A model generated the notes under the pieces. That model ran no database searches. It was given only the letters and a program-made list of their open reading frames with translations, and was not told the DNA's origin. From positions 64,147 through 128,146 of the forward strand of contig CAVSXK010000024.1 of NCBI GenBank assembly GCA_963731925.1: a stretch of 64,000 nt of DNA. Direction: 5' to 3'. The stretch comes from an uncultured Actinomycetes bacterium. Its GTDB lineage: Bacteria > Actinomycetota > UBA4738 > HRBIN12. Made by a program: the position numbers and the translations under genes. Positions 57,148 to 64,000 of the stretch are shown here, in pieces; the stretch's first letter is position 1; every line of letters begins with the position of its first letter.

Positions 57148-57963
57148 ATGGGACGGCTCGACGGGAAGGTTGCGCTCATCACCGGCGGCGCGAGCGGGAT
57201 GGGGATGGTCGCCTCGAAGCTGTTCGCGAGCGAGGGCGCGAAGATCGTCCTCACCGACGTCGCCGACGACGCCGGTGAGGCCGTTGCCGCCGAGATCGAG
57301 GCGGCGGGCGGGCAGGCGCTGTACGTCCACTCGGATGTCTCGGACGAGGCGGACGCGGAGGCGATGGTCAAGGCCGCGGTGGATCGCTTCGGCGGGCTGA
57401 GCGTCCTGTACAACAACGCCGGGGTCATGATGAGTCAGGACGGCTCGGTGACCGAGACCGACGTCTCGATCTGGGACACGACGCTCGGCATCAACGTCAA
57501 GGGTGTGGCGTTCGGGTGCAAGTACGGCGTCCCGGCGATGATCGCCTCGGGCGGCGGATCGATCATCAACGTCGCCTCGTTCGTCGCCTGGATGGGCGCC
57601 GCCACGTCCCAGACCGCTTACACCGCGTCCAAGGGCGCCGTGGTCTCGATGACGCGCGAGATCGCCGTCGAGTTCGCGCGCCGGGGGATCCGGTGCAACG
57701 CGCTTTGTCCCGGGCCGATCGACACCCCGCTGCTCGCCGAGCTGCTCGCCGATCCCGCGAGGCGCCAGCGCCGCTTCGTGCACATCCCGATGGGCAGGCT
57801 CGGACGGGCGGACGAGCTCGCGAAGGCGGCCCTGTTCCTCGCGAGCGACGACTCGTCGTTCATGACGGGGGCCTCGCTGATCGTGGACGGGGGGATCACG
57901 CGCCGCGTACGTGACGCCCGAGGACTAAACTCGTGGCCGAGACTGAACGATAGGAAGCCATGA
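57148..57963 (+). CDS. SDR-family NAD(P)-dependent oxidoreductase
   Basis: TGGASGMG cofactor motif. NNAG. Catalytic YTASK. GGGAGGG SD upstream of ATG 57148. Confidence 0.85.
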   Translation: MGRLDGKVALITGGASGMGMVASKLFASEGAKIVLTDVADDAGEAVAAEIEAAGGQALYVHSDVSDEADAEAMVKAAVDRFGGLSVLYNNAGVMMSQDGSVTETDVSIWDTTLGINVKGVAFGCKYGVPAMIASGGGSIINVASFVAWMGAATSQTAYTASKGAVVSMTREIAVEFARRGIRCNALCPGPIDTPLLAELLADPARRQRRFVHIPMGRLGRADELAKAALFLASDDSSFMTGASLIVDGGITRRVRDARGLNSWPRLNDRKP

Positions 57964-58256
57964 GCGCCCTCCTGGCGACCGTCGCGACCGGGCACCCCGC
58001 GATCCCGACGGGGGGTGAATTCGACTTCACGCCGCTGCTCTACTGCGCCATCGGGATCCTGGCGTTCAGGAAGCTCCGCCCGGGCCTGCTGCTTCTGGCC
58101 GCCCCGCTGTTCCTTTTCGCAGGGGGCCTGGTGGACTCGATCTCGGACGTGCTCGGGCTGTCCACGGTCACCACGGCTTCGGCACTGGTGCTCCCCGCGC
58201 TCCTGCTCCCCTTGCCTCGCCAGCTGGGTCGGCATCACCGCCCTTCGGCCGGTTGA
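57960..58256 (+). CDS. small two-TM membrane protein
   Basis: ATGA overlap with the SDR stop. Two hydrophobic helices (LLYCAIGILAF; LLLLAAPLFLFAGGLV). Confidence 0.45.
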   Translation: MSALLATVATGHPAIPTGGEFDFTPLLYCAIGILAFRKLRPGLLLLAAPLFLFAGGLVDSISDVLGLSTVTTASALVLPALLLPLPRQLGRHHRPSAG

Positions 58257-58322
58257 CACGGAAAGTTCAGGTGTGGCTCCATACGGCTGAATCTTCATCC
58301 GCCGTTCTCGGGAGGGGGGCGT

Positions 58323-59955
58323 ATGTCCGAACGGAAGGTCGGTTCGGTCACCTATCAAGAGGTAGGTGAGGAGTACTTCAAGAACCGCGGACTTCGGCGA
58401 CACGCGGGGGTTTGGTCGCTGTGGGCGCTCGGGGTCGGAGCCGTCATCTCGGGCGAGTTCTACGGCTGGAACTTCGGCCTGGGCACGGGCGGGTTCGGCG
58501 GCTTGGCCATCGCCGGGGTCCTGATGGCGATCATGTACTACGGCCTCGTGTATTCGATCGCCGAGATGTCGCCCGCGCTCCCGCACACGGGCGGCGCGTA
58601 CTCCTTCGCGCGGTCGGCGATGGGGCCGTGGGGAGGATTCCTCACCGGCCTGGCCGAGAACGCGGAGTACGTGATCACGCCGGCGGTCGTCGTCGGCGCG
58701 ATGGCCCTGCTGATGCAGGAGATCGTGGGCGGGCTGTTCGATGTCACCGGCGATCCGTTCTGGAACAGCCTGCCGTTCTGGGCGCTGATCTTCTACGTCA
58801 TCTTCGTGGGGATCAACATCGTCGGGATCGAGGCGACGATGCGGTTCACGGTCACGATCACGGTGCTCTCGCTCGCCGTGCTCGCGTTCTTCATCCTCGC
58901 CGCGATCTTCTCCGGCGAGCTCGACTTCAACCTGTGGACGAACATCGCGAAGGATGGCGCCGAGATCCCGGGCGGCGGAGGGCCCATGCTCCCGTTCGGG
59001 ATCGAAGGGATCTTCAAGTCGTTGCCGTTCGCCATCTGGTTCTTCCTGGCGATCGAGGAGGTGCCGCTCGCGGCCGAGGAGTCCATGGACCCGCGTCGCG
59101 ACGTCCCCAAGGGGATCCATATGGGGCATGCACACGCTGCTGATCGCGGCGATCCTCGTGCTGGTCTTCAACTCGGCGCTGCCGGGCGGGGCCTTCCTGT
59201 ACGGGGCGTCCGGATTCCCGCTGCTCGACGGCCTGTACGCGATCTTCGGACAGAACAACGCCACCGAGCTCCTCGGGTTGCTGTTCATGATCGGCCTGGT
59301 GGCCAGCTTCTTCACGATCATCTTCGCGTACGGCCGGAACACGTACTCGCTCTCGCGGGCGGGGTACTTCCCGAAGTTCCTGTCGCAGACCCACGGCGTG
59401 CGGAAGACCCCGCACGTCGCGCTGATCGCGGGAGCGGTCGTCGGGTACGCCGTGTTCTTCCTCGTCTGGGCCCTGCAGCAGCAGGAACTGGGCGCGCAGA
59501 TCGTGGCGGCGCTGCTCAACATGGCCGTGTTCGCCGCGGTCATCTCGTACATCATGCAGATGGTGTCGTTCGTCCTGCTCCGGCGGAAGCTGCCGAACAT
59601 CGAGCGGCCGTACCGAAGCAAGTGGGGGGTCCCCGGCGCGGTCATCGCCGGGCTGCTGGCCGCGACCTCGCTCGTCGCGATCTTCCTGAACGACGCGTAT
59701 CGGCCCGGTGTCTACGGCGTGGCCGATCTACTACGTGCTCGGCGTCCTCTACTTCGCGATCGCCGGACGGAACCGTCTCGTGCTGTCGCCGGAGGAGGAG
59801 TTCGCGCTCACGCAGGGCGAGCATGGCATCCCTCAGGAGGAGGGATACAGCCACGCTCGCGCGCGGAGCAGGAGGCGATCCTCGGCGGCGGAGCGCCGAG
59901 CGCTCCGCAGCGCCGCGCTCGACGCAGCCGCCATCGGAGACGCCCATCCGGCTAG
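58323..59955 (+). CDS. APC-superfamily permease, ethanolamine-permease-like; at least two frameshifts (~59115 and ~59700)
   Basis: Frame 0 58323-59115 (…GGAYSFARSAMGPWGGFLTG…DPRRDVPKGI). Frame 2 to ~59700 (IWGMHTLLIAAILVLVF…). Frame 1 for the C-terminus (AWPIYYVLGVLYFAIAGRNRLVLSPEEEFALTQ…). True 3' end unresolved. Confidence 0.65.
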
Positions 59956-60068
59956 CGGACCAGCGAGTCGGCACGAACGGCGGGCCCGTGCTCGGGCCCG
60001 CCGTTCGCGTTCGACAGCCTCGTGCGGCGGTTCTTCGATAGCGACCCCGAACCGAAAGGCGGACGAAC

Positions 60069-61457
60069 GTGACAGGCGCGACCGGCACACTGAGCGCGAA
60101 ACAGCTCGAGGATCTCGCCGACGCGGGCGAGGTCGACACCGTCCTGTGCATGTTCACCGACCTGCAGGGCCGCTTCATGGGCAAGCGCGTCGTCCCGCAT
60201 TTCCTGTTCGAGGAGATCCTCGGCGAGGAGGGTCTGCACGCCTGCCTCTACCTGCTGGCGATCGACATGGAGATGGAGCCGCTCCCGGGCTATCAGTACG
60301 CGTCGTGGGAGACCGGCTACGGCGACTTCCGGATGGTCCCGGACATGAGCACGCTCCGATGGTGCCCGTGGATCGAGAAGACCGTGATGGTGATCTGCGA
60401 CATCTTCGAGGAAGAGGAGGCAGACAAAGAAGTAGAGGTCACGCCTCGAACGATCCTCAAGCGCCAGATCGCTCGTGCCGCCGAGCTCGGCTACACGATC
60501 AAGACCGGCTCCGAGCTCGAGTTCTACCTGTTCCAGGACTCCTACCGCGACGCGGCCGAACGCGGCTACCGGGACCTGCGTCCCAGCTCGCCGTACATCA
60601 TGGACTACCACATGCTCCAGACCACCCGGGATGAGTGGTTCATACGCCAGGTACGCAACTCGATGCTCGGCGCCGGGATCCCCGTGGAGTTCAGCAAGGG
60701 TGAGTTCGGGAGGGGCCAGCAGGAGATCAACATCACGTACTCCGACGCGCTCTCGAACGCTGATCACCATGCCCTCTACAAGCACGGCGTGAAGGAGATG
60801 GCCGAGCTGAACGGGGTCGCCGCCACGTTCATGGCCAAGTGGACGATGGCCGAGGCCGGCTCCAGCTGCCATCTGCACTCGAGCGTGTGGAACGCCGACG
60901 GGACCGAGAGCCTGATGTGGTCGGAGGATGGCGAGCACCACATGAGCGACACCTACCGCTGGTACATGGGCGGGCTCATCGCCTGCGCGCGCGAGATGGC
61001 CTGGATGTACGCCCCGTTCGTGAACTCGTACAAGCGCTACCAGCTCGGTTCGTGGGCGCCGACCGCGATCGTGTGGAGCCGGGACAACCGGACCTGCGGG
61101 TTCCGGACGGTGGGCGAGCACACGGGGGCCCGCGTCGAGTGCCGGATCCCCGGGGCCGACGCGAACCCCTACCTCGCGTTCGCGGCCACGATCGCGGCCG
61201 GCCTGTGGGGGATCCAGAACGAGGTCGAGCCCCCGCCGATGTTCGTCGGCAACGCCTACGAGGCGAAGGACGTCCCCCGCGTGCCGTACTCGCTCCACGA
61301 GGCCGTCGAGACATTCCGCGGCTCCACGGTGGCCCGAGAGGCGTTCGGCGACTTCGTGTTCGAGCACCTGCTGAACACCGCTCACCAGGAGCAGGTCATC
61401 TTCGACAACACGACGGTCACCGACTGGGAGCTCGCCCGCTACTTCGAGCGAGGCTGA
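60069..61457 (+). CDS. glutamine-synthetase-family protein, GlnA3/GlnA4-like gamma-glutamyl-(poly)amine/ethanolamide synthetase
   Basis: 462 aa. GS catalytic-domain motifs (KTGSELEFYLF, FSKGEFGRGQQEINI, NPYLAFAATIAAGL). No adenylylation-loop Tyr context. Located next to an ethanolamine-type permease. Confidence 0.9.
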   Translation: MTGATGTLSAKQLEDLADAGEVDTVLCMFTDLQGRFMGKRVVPHFLFEEILGEEGLHACLYLLAIDMEMEPLPGYQYASWETGYGDFRMVPDMSTLRWCPWIEKTVMVICDIFEEEEADKEVEVTPRTILKRQIARAAELGYTIKTGSELEFYLFQDSYRDAAERGYRDLRPSSPYIMDYHMLQTTRDEWFIRQVRNSMLGAGIPVEFSKGEFGRGQQEINITYSDALSNADHHALYKHGVKEMAELNGVAATFMAKWTMAEAGSSCHLHSSVWNADGTESLMWSEDGEHHMSDTYRWYMGGLIACAREMAWMYAPFVNSYKRYQLGSWAPTAIVWSRDNRTCGFRTVGEHTGARVECRIPGADANPYLAFAATIAAGLWGIQNEVEPPPMFVGNAYEAKDVPRVPYSLHEAVETFRGSTVAREAFGDFVFEHLLNTAHQEQVIFDNTTVTDWELARYFERG

Positions 61458-61689
61458 ACCGTCCCGGCTTTTCGGCCTCGGACGCCGGTGTGTCGACCGG
61501 TTCGGAGCGACCTGGTGGGTTCCTAACTCCGGCGGGCCTCAGAGACTCCGGTGGGGAGTAGAGACTCCGACCGGGACATCTTGACTGGGACTGTGACGCT
61601 CCCCCACAAGGATCACCAGCGAGCTCGCGGGAAGGACTGAACAGATCCTGGGTAGATAGAGGGATCAGGAAGAGTACGCTCAGGCACAG

Positions 61690-62070
61690 ATGGCTCGCCA
61701 GAGCGTCGCGAAGCGTTTCCTGATGTACGGGCTCGCGGCACTCCTGCTCGCGGCGGTCATGACCGTACCCGCGGCGAGGTCCTCCGATACGCGCGTCCCT
61801 TCGGCCGCGGGCTCGGACGACGCGTTGGCCGCCTTGCTCCCGGCCGGCGATGGAGTGCTCGCCAGCACGACGAAGGTCTCCCGCGGCGAGCTCTACGAGC
61901 GGAACGAGCGGACACGACCTGTTTCGGCTCCGATGGGACTTGCTATCGCGGCGAGTCTCCTGTCGGCGATCATGTCCTGGTGGTCGATCCGGCTGCGGCG
62001 CAGCCGGGCAGGGTCTTTCCTGCATCTGCACATCCGCGGACCCCGCGCACCGCCTCTTCGGCTCCACTGA
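61690..62070 (+). CDS. hypothetical exported protein with C-terminal hydrophobic segment followed by an Arg cluster
   Basis: Signal peptide (LMYGLAALLLAAVMTVPAA). C-terminal GLAIAASLLSAIMSWWSIRLRRSR. Confidence 0.45.
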   Translation: MARQSVAKRFLMYGLAALLLAAVMTVPAARSSDTRVPSAAGSDDALAALLPAGDGVLASTTKVSRGELYERNERTRPVSAPMGLAIAASLLSAIMSWWSIRLRRSRAGSFLHLHIRGPRAPPLRLH

Positions 62071-62102
62071 GATCCGCTTCAGCGAGCTGGAGGTTCACGT
62101 TA

Positions 62103-62623
62103 TGGACGTGTCTTTTCGTGGATCCACGCCCACCCGCATGACCGTGTTCGGTGATCGACGCGGCGATCCGGCGCCGACTCGGCAGGCAGGCACCCGCACG
62201 GAACCGTGCAGGGGCCAACCGGCACTGGCGAAACGGGTGGGCGCAGTGGCGACAGCCGCGATGCTTCTTACCGCCGCCGCGTGCGGTCCTGGATCGAACG
62301 CTCCGTCTGTCAGCCCGGATTCGGACCGGGGCGGTATCTCGGCGTCCGCCACGGCGACGCCCTCCCCCTCCCCCTCAGACGAGGTGCGGTACCCGAATCT
62401 GTCGAGGTTCACGGATCCGGTCGACCGGTTCGCCTACAAGTCGGCGTACTCGGACTGCCGGCTCATCGGGGTCGAAGGGACCGCTGAGGCTTTCGGCGGC
62501 GATCCGGACGCTCCCTCCTCGGTCGCGCGCGCGTACGCCGTTGCCATCTTCCGCGAATCCGAGGAACACCGCGAGGCGACATCCCAGGGATGCCTCGACG
62601 CCTTCGAAGCGGAGGCGGAGTGA
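62103..62623 (+). CDS. hypothetical lipoprotein
   Basis: Lipobox LLTAAACG. Low-complexity S/P-rich linker. Start uncertain (ATG 62103 or the GTG nearer the signal peptide). Confidence 0.5.
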
Positions 62624-62720
62624 TGACACGCGGGCACGACAATGGCTCATGAAGGACCGCGCGGTATCTCGTCATCACCCGGTGGGCGGGATCCTTCTCG
62701 AACCCGTGCGTGGATATCCC

Positions 62721-63914
62721 CTAGCGCAGGTCCTTCCGGTCAAGCGGCTCACCAGCTGCGGCAGTCCGCGCTGGCGCCGCCGCGGATCGGTCGGCGAGGC
62801 GCGCGAGGAGAGGCCCCACGACCGCGAGGAGGAGGACGTACGCGGCCGCGATGGGTCCGATGTCCGGTTCGGTGCCCGAGGCGACCGCGATGCCCGCGAT
62901 CACGATCGAGAACTCACCCCTGGCTATCAGTCCAACGCCAGAGCGGATCCGCGCTCGACGCCGCAGGCCCGCGCGGCGGGCGGCGAGCCACCCCGTCGCG
63001 TACTTGCTCGTGGCTCCAACGATCGCGAGCGCTACCGCCGCCGGCAGCGCGCGGGGAAGCGTGCCGGGGTCGACCTCGAAGCCGAAGAACAGGAAGAACG
63101 TCCCGGCGAATACCGAGCGCAGGGGGATAAGCAGGGAACGCGCTCGATCCGCCGCCGGGCCCGAGAACGCGATCCCGGCGAGGAAGGCGCCGACCGCGGC
63201 CGAGACGTTCAGGGCCTCCGTCGCTCCGGCCGTCAGCAGCAAGACGGCGAGGATCGCGAACAGCAGCGCCTCGTCCGAGCGGCTGAAGACGGCGCGGCTG
63301 ATCGCCTCACCGTAGCGGGCGGCGACGGCCAGGACGGTGACGACGACGAGGGACGCGATGCCGACCGCGATCGCCACACGCCATGTCTCGCCTCCAACGA
63401 GCAACACCGTCCCCAGCGGCAGGAACGCCGCCATCGCCAGGTCCTCGAACACCAGGATGGCGAGGACCAGGGGGGTCTCGCGGTTCCCCATCCACCCCAG
63501 GTCGTCCAGGGTCCGGGCGATGACGCCGGACGAGGAGATGTAGGTGACACCGCCGAGGAACGATGCGGGAACCGGATCCCATCCGAGCAGGATCCCCGCG
63601 ACGAACCCGGGCGTGAAGTTCAGGACCAGGTCGAGCCCGCCCACGAGCGCCGTGGAGCGGAGCGACGCCACCAGCTCGCTGGCGGAGTACTCGAGCCCCA
63701 GCGAGAACAGAAGCAGGATCAGGCCGATCTCCGCCCCCGCCGCGATGAACTCGTCGGCGGTGACGAGCGGGATCACCCCACCCTGCCCGAACGCCAGACC
63801 GGCCAGCAGATACAGGGGGATCGGCGAGAAACCGAGCCGGGAGGCCAGGCGGGCCAGGATCGCGAGGAGCAGCACGACGCCGCCCAGTTCGATCAGGAAC
63901 AGCGAGCTCCCCAC
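62721..63914 (-). CDS. cation:proton antiporter (CPA2/Kef-type) membrane subunit
   Basis: 397 aa with ~11 TM helices. Typical Na_H_Exchanger-family glycine-rich helices. A downstream partial TrkA-C gene follows. Confidence 0.85.
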   Translation of the reverse strand: MGSSLFLIELGGVVLLLAILARLASRLGFSPIPLYLLAGLAFGQGGVIPLVTADEFIAAGAEIGLILLLFSLGLEYSASELVASLRSTALVGGLDLVLNFTPGFVAGILLGWDPVPASFLGGVTYISSSGVIARTLDDLGWMGNRETPLVLAILVFEDLAMAAFLPLGTVLLVGGETWRVAIAVGIASLVVVTVLAVAARYGEAISRAVFSRSDEALLFAILAVLLLTAGATEALNVSAAVGAFLAGIAFSGPAADRARSLLIPLRSVFAGTFFLFFGFEVDPGTLPRALPAAVALAIVGATSKYATGWLAARRAGLRRRARIRSGVGLIARGEFSIVIAGIAVASGTEPDIGPIAAAYVLLLAVVGPLLARLADRSAAAPARTAAAGEPLDRKDLR

Positions 63915-63918
63915 CGCT

Positions 63919-64000
63919 CAGTCCGAGCGCAGCAGGATGGCCAGCTCCTCGATGCCGCGAGGCGTGCCGACCACGACGAGCACGTCACCGCCCCGCAGGC
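63919..64000 (-). CDS. TrkA-C/RCK-domain protein, partial (C-terminal 27 codons only)
   Basis: Minus-strand reading ends ...GDVLVVVGTPRGIEELAILLRSD* (RCK C-terminal signature). The gene starts beyond the window. Confidence 0.5.

Noticed and set aside
61513-61534. Third partial match (TTCCTAACT) to the ROK operator half-site, downstream of the GS-like gene
   Set aside because: Only a 9-nt half-site match with no palindromic partner, not in a promoter-proximal position. Likely chance.
62620-62680. 9-bp inverted repeat GGTGATGAC…GTCATCACC between convergent genes
   Set aside because: The ~40-nt loop makes a poor intrinsic terminator, and no T-tract is present. Kept as weak.
1-64000. CRISPR arrays, IS elements, integrases, restriction-modification or other defence genes
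   Set aside because: No spaced direct repeats, no transposase or integrase-like ORFs, and no GC-content discontinuity were seen. The window looks like core or metabolic-accessory chromosome, not a mobile or defence island.

Overview
High-GC (~70%) actinobacterial-type chromosomal window. Dense operons on both strands with frequent ATGA/TGATG translational coupling. No rRNA, tRNA, CRISPR, transposase or phage genes were found. About 70 CDS are supportable.

Main content, left to right:
- 1-7.1 kb: secreted proteins, a calcineurin-like phosphoesterase, a 3-gene sugar ABC importer (SBP, MalF-like, MalG-like) and a ROK-family regulator.
- 7.2-16.7 kb: a ROK-associated amino-sugar / amino-sugar-acid catabolic island. 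It contains eda-kdgK-ridA convergent with a GH4 glycosidase and a DSD1-family PLP dehydratase. Downstream lie two paralogous double-SIS (GlmD/NagB-II-like) genes flanking a CE4 deacetylase, a BadF-type sugar kinase and an MsiK-like ABC ATPase. A 15-nt GGAAACTTTCCTAAC operator-like palindrome occurs twice, once in each divergent promoter region.
- 16.7-32 kb: an orphan PAS-HisKA_3 kinase, an M20 peptidase, lipid genes (PlsC, WS/DGAT, alpha/beta hydrolases), a group-2-like sigma-70, a MoaD-BNR beta-propeller fusion and a YciI-VOC-ECF sigma module.
- 32-43.5 kb: a ~1100-aa membrane protein with a C-terminal MFS domain. Then a putative metal/phosphoester cluster: two tandem NPP-family phosphodiesterase lipoproteins, a third catalytically degenerate paralog, a DUF318 permease, a TIGR03943 protein with a CC motif and a ZIP transporter.
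- 43.5-57 kb: small regulators and stress genes (GntR, LLM oxidoreductase, VOC, AHSA1-ArsR pair with a palindromic operator, MutY-like glycosylase, CBS protein). Then acyl-CoA dehydrogenase, an MBOAT+SGNH O-acyltransferase pair, a second YciI-ECF sigma module, Rieske-zwf, a CDP-alcohol phosphatidyltransferase and greA.
- 57-64 kb: SDR, an APC ethanolamine-type permease, a GlnA4-like glutamine synthetase (gamma-glutamylation module) and a Kef-type antiporter.

At least 9 genes are interrupted by single-base frameshifts or a missing stop. This points to assembly indel errors, or less likely real gene decay.
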